A DNA stretch of 64,000 bases, taken from Deferribacterales bacterium. Its GTDB lineage: Bacteria; Chrysiogenota; Deferribacteres; Deferribacterales; Geovibrionaceae. Both the position numbers and the translations under genes were made by a program. The notes under the pieces were generated by a model, which saw only the letters and a program-made list of their open reading frames with translations, ran no database searches and was not told the origin of the DNA. The stretch spans positions 1-64,000 of the forward strand of contig JBFWMA010000011.1 in assembly GCA_050251875.1 (NCBI GenBank), given 5' to 3'. Below are positions 9,791 through 18,846 of the stretch, one piece after another (position 1 is the stretch's first letter; every line of letters starts with the position of its first letter).

Positions 9791-9871
9791 AGCCTGATAA
9801 GACTGCTTCGTCAGCTATATGCTTCCTCGCAGTGACGTCATTGCGAGGAGCAATGCGATGCGGCAATCTCA
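9791..9871. repeat. CGTC/GTCATTGCGAG-type palindromic repeat, back-to-back pair
   Basis: GACTGCTTC..CCTCGCAGTGAC|GTCATTGCGAGG..GCAATCTC; related copies at 15670-15771 and 20374-20406. Confidence 0.75.
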
Positions 9872-9892
9872 TATTAGATATTAATTCGACAC

Positions 9893-9922
9893 AAAAGCGG
9901 GGTTAAAACCCCGCTTTTTTTT
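9893..9922 (+). terminator. Intrinsic terminator after pheT
   Basis: AAAAGCGGGGTT-AA-AACCCCGC-T9. Confidence 0.85.
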
Positions 9923-10071
9923 CGTCTATTCACCATCAGTAACAATTGATACATTCTTTTTAACAACCATGCCGTTTTCTTTCATAGGTTCAATATATTT
10001 CGATAGCAACAAACAAATTCTGTTATATAATTATACATAGTTGCCAGAGAAGTATATGGAGGTATCAATAT

Positions 10072-11259
10072 ATGAGAAAAGCGCTATCTATTACCTTTAC
10101 TTTCCTGTTTCTTGTTTTTAGTACCATGTTTGTATATGCCAATGATTTCAACCTGACAATTCCGTTGCCGCTGACAGGCACACAGGCTAAGTTCGGCGAT
10201 ATCCAGAAAAGATCCTATGAAATAGCTCAGGCGGAGATCAATGCCGCCGGAGGTATCAAAGGCAAAAAACTCGTTCTTACATTTGAAGATTCCGGCGCAA
10301 AACCCGAGATCGCCAGAGGAATCGTTGAAAAACTGATAGACGTTCAGAAACAGCCCCTGATTGTGGGCGAATATACCTCCTCATGCGCCAAGGCTGTTGC
10401 CGCTGTGAGCGAGGAGCGTAAAACTCCCTATCTTGTAGTAGTTTCAGGCGCTGACGACATCACTCAGCAGAACTACAAATATGTCTTCAGACTGAATCCC
10501 CCCAACGCTTACTATGCCAGCGGTCTGATCGGCTTCATGAAAGAAGTGGTTAAACCCAAAACCATAGCCATTCTTCACGAAAGCTCCGACTTCGGAACAT
10601 CCGGCGCTGACGAAATGGAAAAGCACGCAAAAGCTCTCGGAATGAAAGTTCTGATGAAAGAGAAATATGAAAAAGGAGCGGTTGACTTCAAACCTATCCT
10701 GACAAAGGTAAAATCCATGAGACCCGATGTTGTCTACATGGTTTCCTATGTTATGGACGCCGCCCTTCTGATGAGACAGATCAAAGAACTGAGGCTGGAC
10801 GCTAAGCTGTTCGCCGGCGGAGCGGCAGGATTTGCCATCCCCGAATTCGTTGACAACGCAAAAGACGCCTCAGAATATGTCGTCACATCAACACTCTGGA
10901 GCCCTCAGGTGAAATACGCCGGAGCCAAGGCATATGCTGAAAAATATAAAAGCATGTACGGCGACTATCCCTCATACCACGGAGCAGCCGCCTATTCCGC
11001 TCTGTTCGTTGCGAAAAATGCTCTGGAAAGAGCCAAAACATGGACACAAAACGATATCAGAGACGCTCTGAAAGCAACCAAAATGCAGACAGCGTTCGGC
11101 GATGTCGCTTTCGTGGACAAAAACGGCTACCAGAACCAGAACTTTCTCGAAACACTGGTTCTCCAGGTTATAAAAGGCAACCACGAGACTATCTGGCCCA
11201 AACACACAGCCAGCGCTCCGTATCTTTATCCCATCCCCAGATGGAAGGATAGAAAATAA
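10072..11259 (+). CDS. Branched-chain amino acid-type ABC transporter substrate-binding protein (LivJ/K family)
   Basis: Signal peptide; PLTG..AKFG, EINAAGGIKG, GEYTSS; synteny. Confidence 0.9.
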   Translation: MRKALSITFTFLFLVFSTMFVYANDFNLTIPLPLTGTQAKFGDIQKRSYEIAQAEINAAGGIKGKKLVLTFEDSGAKPEIARGIVEKLIDVQKQPLIVGEYTSSCAKAVAAVSEERKTPYLVVVSGADDITQQNYKYVFRLNPPNAYYASGLIGFMKEVVKPKTIAILHESSDFGTSGADEMEKHAKALGMKVLMKEKYEKGAVDFKPILTKVKSMRPDVVYMVSYVMDAALLMRQIKELRLDAKLFAGGAAGFAIPEFVDNAKDASEYVVTSTLWSPQVKYAGAKAYAEKYKSMYGDYPSYHGAAAYSALFVAKNALERAKTWTQNDIRDALKATKMQTAFGDVAFVDKNGYQNQNFLETLVLQVIKGNHETIWPKHTASAPYLYPIPRWKDRK

Positions 11260-11268
11260 CAACCCTGC

Positions 11269-11296
11269 AAGCCCCCTGCCCGTGCGGGGGGCTTTT
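11269..11296 (+). terminator. Hairpin after the binding-protein gene (terminator or mRNA stabiliser)
   Basis: AAGCCCCC..GGGGGCTTTT. Confidence 0.6.
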
Positions 11297-11322
11297 ATAT
11301 TTATATCTTAAGGAGAGTTTAA

Positions 11323-12246
11323 GTGGTTCAACTTGAGGTCTTTCTTCAAACACTTGTATCCGGTCTGCTCCTGGGAGGTCTTTATGCTCTGATAGGTCTC
11401 GGCATGACACTTATCATGGGCGTAATGAAGATCATTAACCTCGCCCACGGCGAGCTGATGATGGTGGCGATGTATATCGCCTACTGGCTTTTCACCCTTC
11501 TGGGCATAGACCCTTATCTGGCGGTTTTCATCGCCGCTCCTGCTCTTTTCATCCTCGGCGTTCTGATACAGAAGTATCTCATAACGCCCGTTATAAAAGT
11601 GGAGTCCATACTCCCTGAAAACCAGGTTATCCTCACCGTGGGCATCGGTATGGTGCTCGCCAGCCTTGCCACGGTGTTTTTTAAATCCGACTACAGATCC
11701 ACTCCGGTGGACTACGCATCCGTCACATGGTATCTGACAGACTACTGGACGAACTCACCCATAGAGCTTTCCGTCTCTCTTCTGTGGGCTGTTTCGTTCT
11801 TTTTCTCCATCATGATCACAATAGCCATGTGGTTTTTCCTCAGCAGAACAGACATAGGAAAATCCATCAGAGCCACATCGCAGGACTCTGACGCCGCCAT
11901 ACTCATGGGCATCAACGTAAACAGGATGCGTTCACTCAGCTTCGGTCTGGGTGCCGCCATCGTTGCCGCCGCAGGATGTCTGTTTATCCCTCTTTATTAC
12001 CTTTACCCCGCTCTGGGCGGACAGTTCACCCTTATCGCCTTCGTCATAACGATTCTGGGCGGTCTCGGGTCGAACGTGGGCGCTATCATCGGCGGGCTTG
12101 TTCTGGGTGTCTTTGAGTCCATGACCTCCACATACATAGGCATGGGCTGGGCGCCTGTGGGCAGGTTCTCCATATTCATCGCCGCCCTCATATTTCTGCC
12201 CGGCGGAATAGCCTCTCTTCTCCACAGAAGGAGGTTCGGAAAATGA
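11323..12246 (+). CDS. livH: BCAA ABC transporter permease
   Basis: GLLLGGLYALIGLG, INLAHGE, GKSIRATSQD. Confidence 0.9.
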   Translation: MVQLEVFLQTLVSGLLLGGLYALIGLGMTLIMGVMKIINLAHGELMMVAMYIAYWLFTLLGIDPYLAVFIAAPALFILGVLIQKYLITPVIKVESILPENQVILTVGIGMVLASLATVFFKSDYRSTPVDYASVTWYLTDYWTNSPIELSVSLLWAVSFFFSIMITIAMWFFLSRTDIGKSIRATSQDSDAAILMGINVNRMRSLSFGLGAAIVAAAGCLFIPLYYLYPALGGQFTLIAFVITILGGLGSNVGAIIGGLVLGVFESMTSTYIGMGWAPVGRFSIFIAALIFLPGGIASLLHRRRFGK

Positions 12247-13178
12247 AAAAGTATATGCCGTTTATAACACTCGGTTTTTTCCTGATATTTCCCATGCTGG
12301 GGGTCAGCACATATGTGATGCACATCTTTATCCTGCTTCTGATGTGGACCACCATAGGCATGTCGTGGAACCTGCTCAGCGGATACTGCGGACAGGTGTC
12401 TTTCGGGCATGCCGCCTTCTTCGGCATAGGCGCTTATACTTCCGGAGTGCTCTATTCCAAGCTGTCCATGTCGCCGTGGCTGGGGCTTCCGCTCAGCATC
12501 ATCACGGTGGGCATACTGTCGTTCATAATCGGTCTCGCCGTTCTCAGGCTCAGGGGACCTTTCTTCGCCCTCGCCACACTGGCTTCCGGCGAAGTTTTCA
12601 GAGTGACGGCGGAGAACATGGAATGGCTCACCAGCGGAACACTAGGAATCATGCTCCAGCAGAGGCTGTGGGTTTCTAAACTGCCTTATTATTACATTAT
12701 TCTGGCGATCACCGTTGCCGTCTTTCTGCTGATGAAATATCTGCTGAGCACCAAGCTGGGCTACTATTTCGTGGCGATCAGAGAGGATCAGGACGCCGCC
12801 GAGTCGCTGGGCATCAACACCACACTCTATAAAACCATAGCGCTGATAGTGAGCGCCGTGGTGACTGGCATAGCCGGGGCTTTTTACATGAACTATATGG
12901 GCTACATCGACCCGCACATTGTATTTGCCCTGCACGATATATCCATCATAACCATCATGATTGTCATGGTGGGCGGCGTGGCTACCCAGTGGGGACCTTT
13001 CATCGGCGCCGTCATCATGGTTCTGCTTCAGGAGGCGGTAAGATCCATCCCGGGGCTGGGCGCCATGCACCAGGCTATTTTCGGCGGTCTGCTGATATTT
13101 ATCATTATCTTCCTGCCCAACGGCATAGTGGGCGATTTTAAAAAGATAAAAAGATTTTTCGGTCTGAGGAGTGCCTGA
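12243..13178 (+). CDS. livM: BCAA ABC transporter permease
   Basis: SWNLLSGYCGQVSFGHAAFFGIGAY, AIREDQDAAESLGIN. Confidence 0.9.
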   Translation: MKKYMPFITLGFFLIFPMLGVSTYVMHIFILLLMWTTIGMSWNLLSGYCGQVSFGHAAFFGIGAYTSGVLYSKLSMSPWLGLPLSIITVGILSFIIGLAVLRLRGPFFALATLASGEVFRVTAENMEWLTSGTLGIMLQQRLWVSKLPYYYIILAITVAVFLLMKYLLSTKLGYYFVAIREDQDAAESLGINTTLYKTIALIVSAVVTGIAGAFYMNYMGYIDPHIVFALHDISIITIMIVMVGGVATQWGPFIGAVIMVLLQEAVRSIPGLGAMHQAIFGGLLIFIIIFLPNGIVGDFKKIKRFFGLRSA

Positions 13179-13890
13179 TATGCTGGAAGTAAAAAACGTA
13201 TCAAAATATTTCGGCGGTCTGGCGGCGGTTTCCGATGTCAGCTTCTCAGTGAAAAGCAACGAGATTCTGGGCATCATAGGTCCCAACGGAGCCGGAAAAA
13301 CCACACTCTTTAACGTAATCAACGGTTTCTATAAACCGTCAAAAGGCGACATTCTGCTGAACGGCGTATCCATCGGCGGCAAAAAACCGCACCAGATATG
13401 CCAGGCGGGCATGGCGAGAACATTTCAGATAGTAAAACCGCTGAGACGGTTAAGCGTTTTCGACAATGTGGTCGCTTCCGCCTTTCTGCGGGCTAAGTCG
13501 AAGCAGGAGGCGAAACAGATAGCCGAAGAGGTTCTGAAATTCACCGAGCTGTATGAGGACAGAGACACCCTGTCCAAAGGACTGCCTCTGGGCAAGCGTA
13601 AGCGTCTGGAGATAGCCAGAGCTCTGGCGACTAAACCGAAACTGCTTCTGCTGGACGAATCCTTCGCCGGACTGAACCCCGCCGAGCTGGACAAATCCAT
13701 AGAGATCATCAAAAAGATAAAAGAGAACGGAATAACCATAATGATAATCGAGCACCATATGAAAGTGATAATGTCCATATCCGACAGGATAGTGGTGCTG
13801 ACATACGGTCAGAAGATAGCCGAAGGCACGCCGGACGAGATCAGAAACAACCCGCAGGTGGTGGAAGCGTATCTCGGCGGGGAGGGCTGA
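13171..13890 (+). CDS. livG: BCAA ABC transporter ATPase
   Basis: GPNGAGKTT, ARTFQ, EAYLG. Confidence 0.92.
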   Translation: MPDMLEVKNVSKYFGGLAAVSDVSFSVKSNEILGIIGPNGAGKTTLFNVINGFYKPSKGDILLNGVSIGGKKPHQICQAGMARTFQIVKPLRRLSVFDNVVASAFLRAKSKQEAKQIAEEVLKFTELYEDRDTLSKGLPLGKRKRLEIARALATKPKLLLLDESFAGLNPAELDKSIEIIKKIKENGITIMIIEHHMKVIMSISDRIVVLTYGQKIAEGTPDEIRNNPQVVEAYLGGEG

Positions 13891-13891
13891 T

Positions 13892-14596
13892 ATGATACAG
13901 GTAAAGAATATAGATGTTTTTTACGCTGATCTTCAGGTTATCTGGGACGTATCGTTCACAGTATCCCCCGGAGAGATAGTGGCGCTCATAGGCGCTAACG
14001 GAGCTGGCAAATCGACCATTCTGCGCACCATATCCGGGCTTGTTCCCCTGACGAAAGGCGAGATAATTTTTGACGGAAAACCGATACACACCATGAACGG
14101 TTATGACCTGATCCAGCTGGGGCTGGTGCATGTTCCGGAGGCGAGGAGACTCTTTCCGGAAATGACCGTGGAGGAAAACCTCGATATCGGCGCCCTGAAA
14201 GGCGTGGCAAAGAAGAACAGAAAGGCGAACAAAGAGAAGATATTCGAGCTGTTCCCCAGACTCTCTGAGAGACGCCGCCAGCTTTCGGGAACGCTGTCCG
14301 GAGGCGAACAGCAGATGCTCGCTATCGGCAGGGGGCTTATGTCCATGCCGAAGATGATGATGCTGGACGAGCCTTCGCTGGGGCTCGCGCCTATTCTGGT
14401 GAAAGAGGTATTTAGAGTCATAAAACAGGTGCGGTCAGAGGGAATGACCGTTCTGATAGTGGAGCAGAACGTTAAACAGACGCTGTCCATAGCCGACAGA
14501 GCCTATGTTCTGGAAAACGGAAAACTGGTGATGGAAGGCAAGGCTTCTGAGCTGGCAGATGACGAACATGTAAAAGCCGCATATCTGGGCGTGTGA
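13892..14596 (+). CDS. livF: BCAA ABC transporter ATPase
   Basis: GANGAGKST, LSGGEQQMLA, DEPSLGLAP. Confidence 0.92.
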   Translation: MIQVKNIDVFYADLQVIWDVSFTVSPGEIVALIGANGAGKSTILRTISGLVPLTKGEIIFDGKPIHTMNGYDLIQLGLVHVPEARRLFPEMTVEENLDIGALKGVAKKNRKANKEKIFELFPRLSERRRQLSGTLSGGEQQMLAIGRGLMSMPKMMMLDEPSLGLAPILVKEVFRVIKQVRSEGMTVLIVEQNVKQTLSIADRAYVLENGKLVMEGKASELADDEHVKAAYLGV

Positions 14597-14614
14597 AATA
14601 CGGAGGATTTATTT

Positions 14615-15259
14615 ATGTATGTAAAGGACTGGATGACTAAAACAGTTTTTACCGTTGATATAAACGACAGCGTGGTCGCCGCCGTGAGGCTGATGAGAGA
14701 AAAAAATATCAAGCATATTCCCGTGATGGATAACGGCAGGCTGAAGGGACTGGTATCCGACAGAAAACTGAAGGAATATCTGCCGTCCAAAGGAACATGT
14801 CTGGACGTTTATGAAATGAACTATCTGCTGGAAAACACCAAAATGTCCGAGATAATGGGCGAAGGCGTTTTCGTGGCTGAGCCGAACCTGCCCATAGAGG
14901 AAGCGGCTCTGATGATGATGGAGCATAACATCGGCTGTCTGCCTGTGGTGGAAAAAGACACCCTGACAGGTATCATATCCGACAAGGATATCTTTAAAGC
15001 GATGATAGACATCACAGGAGGCAGCAAAAAAGGATACCGCATCACTTTTATTCTGGAAGACATCTCCGGAAGCATCAGGGCGGCGGGAGACGTGGTAAGA
15101 AGCTGCGGATTCGGCATTGAAAGCATCCTGAGCGGACACATAGACCTGAAAGACAAAAGAAAGGTGGTTATCCGCACCAGAGGCTCGGGAGACGCGGTTA
15201 AAATGAAAAACGACATTCTGGAAAAATATCCGGATGCCGAAATACTTTTCAGAGGATAA
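14615..15259 (+). CDS. CBS-pair plus ACT domain protein (AcuB-like)
   Basis: MYVKDWMT, IKHIPV, IGCLPVV, GIISDKD; C-terminal ACT-like segment. Confidence 0.85.
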   Translation: MYVKDWMTKTVFTVDINDSVVAAVRLMREKNIKHIPVMDNGRLKGLVSDRKLKEYLPSKGTCLDVYEMNYLLENTKMSEIMGEGVFVAEPNLPIEEAALMMMEHNIGCLPVVEKDTLTGIISDKDIFKAMIDITGGSKKGYRITFILEDISGSIRAAGDVVRSCGFGIESILSGHIDLKDKRKVVIRTRGSGDAVKMKNDILEKYPDAEILFRG

Positions 15260-15275
15260 AATTTGCGGCGGGTAT

Positions 15276-15655
15276 AAAACCCCGCCCTACTATCGGCGGG
15301 TGTTTCTATTCCACGCTTGCGGGCAAAACCCCGCCCTACTGTCGGCGGGCGTTTCTATTCCACGCTTGCGGGCAAAACCCCGCCCTACTATCGGCGGGCG
15401 TTTCTATTCCACGCTTGCGGGCAAAACCCCGCCCTACTATCGGCGGGCGTTTCTACACCGAGCTAGCTGAAAAACCCCGCCCTACTATCGGCGGGTGTTT
15501 CTACACCGAGCTAGCTGAAAAACCCCGCCCTACTGTCGGCGGGCGTTTCTACACCGAGCTAGCTGAAAAACCCCGCCCTACTTTCGGCGGGCGTTTCTAC
15601 ACCGAGCTAGCTGAAAAACCCCGCCCTACTATCGGCGGGTGTTTCTATTCCACGC
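15276..15655. repeat. Tandem array of 8 palindromic GTAG-type REP-like units (period 49/48 bp)
   Basis: 33-bp core AAAACCCCGCCCTACT[A/G/T]TCGGCGGG[C/T]GTTTCTA at 15276, 15325, 15374, 15423, 15471, 15519, 15567 and 15615; linker A x3 then linker B x4. Confidence 0.9.
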
Positions 15656-15669
15656 AATAACACCAATTT

Positions 15670-15771
15670 CGTCATTGCGAGCCTGCATCGCAGGCGTGGC
15701 AATCTCACACGATCATTTATTCATAAACCAGCCTGATGAGACTGCTTCTTCACTACGTTCATCGCAATGAC
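15670..15771. repeat. Inverted-repeat doublet of the CGTC-type repeat (REPIN/MITE-like)
   Basis: Ends GTCATTGCGA..TCGCAATGAC; internal AGCCTGATGAGACTGCTTC nearly identical to 9791. Confidence 0.75.
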
Positions 15772-15775
15772 TGCT

Positions 15776-16138
15776 CTATATTTTATGTTCTTTCTTGGTG
15801 ACAGCTTCCGACTTGACCCTGTCCAGCAGAATCCCCAGAGCAGGCTTCACATTCTCTCTGATATCGCCGCAGACGATCAGAAAGAGAACATCGTCACCGG
15901 GCTTCATAACGCCCTCTCTCGCCTCTATCACTACTTTATATATACCTTCCATGTTCTCCACATCTCTGCGGATCTCTTCTATCTTGTCATAGTCGTTCTT
16001 GACTTCCATAGCGGTGACAGACGATCCGTCCCCCCTGCTCCATCCTCTGACTATCCCGTTATGCACGAGAATCATACCGACATTCTCCGCAAACTTGGGA
16101 TCCTTTTTCAGTTCTGCTATTGTTTTTGATATATCCAT
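15776..16138 (-). CDS. moaE: Molybdopterin synthase catalytic subunit MoaE-like (short form)
   Basis: VGMILVHNGIVRG, EGVMKPGDD, GDIRE, VKSEAVTKKE. Confidence 0.75.
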   Translation of the reverse strand: MDISKTIAELKKDPKFAENVGMILVHNGIVRGWSRGDGSSVTAMEVKNDYDKIEEIRRDVENMEGIYKVVIEAREGVMKPGDDVLFLIVCGDIRENVKPALGILLDRVKSEAVTKKEHKI

Positions 16139-16200
16139 TAGGGTCTCCTTATCCGCTGATAAAGAGATAGTAATACATTCGGCGTGAAATCTCTAGATGT

Positions 16201-16229
16201 AAAAAAAGGAAAGCCGACCTCCTGTCGGC
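16201..16229 (-). terminator. Intrinsic terminator between eamA and moaE
   Basis: GCCGAC-AGGAG-GTCGGC-TTTCC-T7 on the minus strand. Confidence 0.75.
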
Positions 16230-16288
16230 ACCCCATGAGCTCCGTCTCGGTGGCGCGGTTGTTCCGCTACCACTGACGTTATATCAAG

Positions 16289-17128
16289 TCACATGCCAAT
16301 TTTTATCATGACGATGCCCAGCATTATGAGCACCGTGCCTAAAGCTCTGTTGACAGTGAATTTTTCTTTGAAAAACATAATCCCCATAACAGCTCCGAAC
16401 AGAGTGCTGACCTGTCTGATGGCGGACGCATAGGAAAGATTTACCATCGTCAGTCCGTATCTGTATGAGATGAATGAGGCAAAAACTACCACCCCGGCAA
16501 GGACGACCCACCACTTGTCTTTTTTGATATAATCCAGCGTCAGATCACCCCTCCGTTTGGAATATACAAAAATAAAACAGGTCATAAAGAATGACATGGA
16601 ATAGACATATAATATAAAGTTGCCCTGCGAAACACCTTTTTTATCAACCAATGCTCCAAACGAATAGAAGAACGCACCGACAAGGGCGAAAACAGCTCCT
16701 TTTCCAAAATTAAGACCTTTACCCCTGACGTGGTTTAGAACGACTGTTCCCATAACGGTCAAAATGATCCCAGCCGTGCCCATAAGTGTCAGATGTTCCT
16801 TAAGAAATAAAACTGCCCATATCAGAATAAAAAGCGGCGAAGACGTGGTGAGCGGGTAAACCAGAGATACATCGGAATATTTGTAAGCGGACGAAACTAA
16901 CAGGTGATAAACAGAAAAAAACGCCGCCGCCATAAAGGCGCTGATGATCACAGGATACGATATATAGAGATAATGCTTGAAAAAAGTCACATAAACAACT
17001 GTAAAGAAAAGAATGTTCGCAAAATGCATGTAAAAATTGAAAGCGTATTTATTCTCCGATCTTTTCAGAAGAATGTTCCAGAGGGAGTGTGTGAAAGCGC
17101 TGAAAACTATAAATATAAATCCGAGCAT
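16289..17128 (-). CDS. EamA/DMT family transporter
   Basis: HSLWN, AYKYSDVSLVYPL, SYASAIRQ; multiple hydrophobic segments. Confidence 0.88.
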   Translation of the reverse strand: MLGFIFIVFSAFTHSLWNILLKRSENKYAFNFYMHFANILFFTVVYVTFFKHYLYISYPVIISAFMAAAFFSVYHLLVSSAYKYSDVSLVYPLTTSSPLFILIWAVLFLKEHLTLMGTAGIILTVMGTVVLNHVRGKGLNFGKGAVFALVGAFFYSFGALVDKKGVSQGNFILYVYSMSFFMTCFIFVYSKRRGDLTLDYIKKDKWWVVLAGVVVFASFISYRYGLTMVNLSYASAIRQVSTLFGAVMGIMFFKEKFTVNRALGTVLIMLGIVMIKIGM

Positions 17129-17318
17129 ATTTGCCCCTTTTTAGGCGCCTGAACAAAACAACTGATGATATTTGAAATAGCGTCTTTTTGCATTTTTATT
17201 TTTTTGATTATGTCATATTCTTATCTGTCAGGTCAATTATAAATCTTTGTTACATATATTTAAAATATCATTTGAAATCAGTTTTTACACCACCCTGAAA
17301 AGACCGATTAATGCACAC

Positions 17319-17364
17319 TGTATACAATTTCTATATTGACATGGGGTATCATTAATGCTAAAAA
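17319..17364 (+). promoter_or_regulatory. gltA promoter with upstream TGTATACA palindrome
   Basis: TGTATACA 17319-17326; TTGACA 17336-17341, N17, TAAAAA with TG extension. Confidence 0.55.
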
Positions 17365-17409
17365 TAAACAGTGTTTAAATCTAAGACAATAAAAAGTGGA
17401 GGCATTTCA

Positions 17410-18711
17410 ATGGGACTTAAAGAAGTACTTAAGCAGAAAATTGATGAGCACCGTCCTAGGACTACAAGACTGCTGAAAGAGTTCGGCAATGTTAAACTTG
17501 GCGAATATACAATCGAGCAGTGTATCGGCGGTGGTAGAGGTATTAAATCTCTCGTTACTGATATCTCTTATCTTGATCCTATGGAAGGAATCCGTTTCCG
17601 CGGCTATACAATTCCCGAGGTTATGGAAAAACTCCCCAAACCCAACGGCAAAGACTATCCTTATGTTGAAGGTTTCTGGTACCTTCTTCTGACAGGCGAC
17701 ATCCCCACAAAAGCTCAGGCTGAAGAAGTTGTTGCAGATTTCAAAACTCGCGCACAAGTTCCTCTTTATGTTTTCGACATCCTGAGAGCTATCCCCAGAG
17801 ACACTCACCCCATGGTAATGTTCTCTGCTGCTATCCTTTCTATGCAGCGCGAATCTAAATTCGCTAAATTCTACGCTTCAGGCTTCAACAAAATGACAGC
17901 TTGGGACTCTATGTATGAAGATTCAACAGATCTTCTTGCTAAACTTCCCGAGATCGCTGCATACATCTACAGAATGAAATACAAAAACGATACACCTATC
18001 GCTCCCGATTACAGCCTTGACTTCGGCGGCAACTTCGCTCACATGATGGGAATCAAACCTCCTTATGATGACGTTGCCAGAATGTATTTCATCCTTCACT
18101 CCGACCACGAGTCAGGAAACGTTTCAGCTCACACAACACACCTTGTTGCTTCAGCTCTGTCAGATGCTTACTACGCTCTGTCTGCTGGTATCAACGGTCT
18201 TGCAGGTCCCCTTCACGGTCTTGCTAACCAGGAAGTTCTGGGCTGGATCCAAGACGTTTATCAGAAACTCGGCGGAAAAGTACCTACAAAAGAAGATCTT
18301 GTTAAATTCCTGTGGGACACTCTGAAAGGCGGATCTGTTATCCCCGGATACGGACACGCAGTTCTTAGAAAAACTGACCCCAGATACACATCACAGAAAG
18401 AGTATTGCGAAAAATACCTTCCTAACGATGAGCTTTACAAAGTTGTTGCTATGATCTATGAAGTTGCCCCCGGCATCCTTCTTGAGCATGGTAAAGCTAA
18501 AAACCCCTGGCCTAACGTTGACGCTCAGTCCGGTGTTATCCAGTGGTACTACGGTCTTACAGAGTATGACTTCTACACAGTTCTGTTCGGCGTTGGTAGA
18601 GCACTTGGTGTTCTTGCTAACATCACATGGGACAGAGCTCTCGGCTACGCTATCGAGCGTCCTAAATCAGTCACAACAAAAATGCTCGAAGACGCAGCAG
18701 GAATCAAATAA
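17410..18711 (+). CDS. gltA: Citrate (Si)-synthase, eukaryote-like/Geobacter type
   Basis: HSDHESGNVSAH, GLAGPLHGLANQEV, PGYGHAVLRKTDPRY, NPWPNVDA, IERPKS; GGAGG SD before ATG 17410. Confidence 0.95.
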   Translation: MGLKEVLKQKIDEHRPRTTRLLKEFGNVKLGEYTIEQCIGGGRGIKSLVTDISYLDPMEGIRFRGYTIPEVMEKLPKPNGKDYPYVEGFWYLLLTGDIPTKAQAEEVVADFKTRAQVPLYVFDILRAIPRDTHPMVMFSAAILSMQRESKFAKFYASGFNKMTAWDSMYEDSTDLLAKLPEIAAYIYRMKYKNDTPIAPDYSLDFGGNFAHMMGIKPPYDDVARMYFILHSDHESGNVSAHTTHLVASALSDAYYALSAGINGLAGPLHGLANQEVLGWIQDVYQKLGGKVPTKEDLVKFLWDTLKGGSVIPGYGHAVLRKTDPRYTSQKEYCEKYLPNDELYKVVAMIYEVAPGILLEHGKAKNPWPNVDAQSGVIQWYYGLTEYDFYTVLFGVGRALGVLANITWDRALGYAIERPKSVTTKMLEDAAGIK

Positions 18712-18735
18712 TTTAACCCTTACGGTTAGATATAT

Positions 18736-18766
18736 AAAAGGCGGTCTTATGACCGCCTTTTTTTTT
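18736..18766 (+). terminator. Intrinsic terminator after gltA
   Basis: AAAAGGCGGTC-TTAT-GACCGCC-T9. Confidence 0.88.
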
Positions 18767-18846
18767 ATTATTTTACTTTTTTTGAACTGGACTAATAATG
18801 TCTTTAGACTGTATTATATTGTTACTATAATCATTCGGGAGCAGAG

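Noticed and set aside
15276..15655. CRISPR array
   Set aside because: The 'spacers' are only 15-16 nt and are two repeated sequences, not unique; no cas genes in the window
15234..15660. ORFs 15234-15470 and 15415-15660
   Set aside because: Translations of the tandem repeat, with no SD or coding signature
16139..16288. Moco or TPP riboswitch upstream of moaE
   Set aside because: Lacks the Moco consensus; GGGGTGCC is not followed by the CTGAGA of TPP
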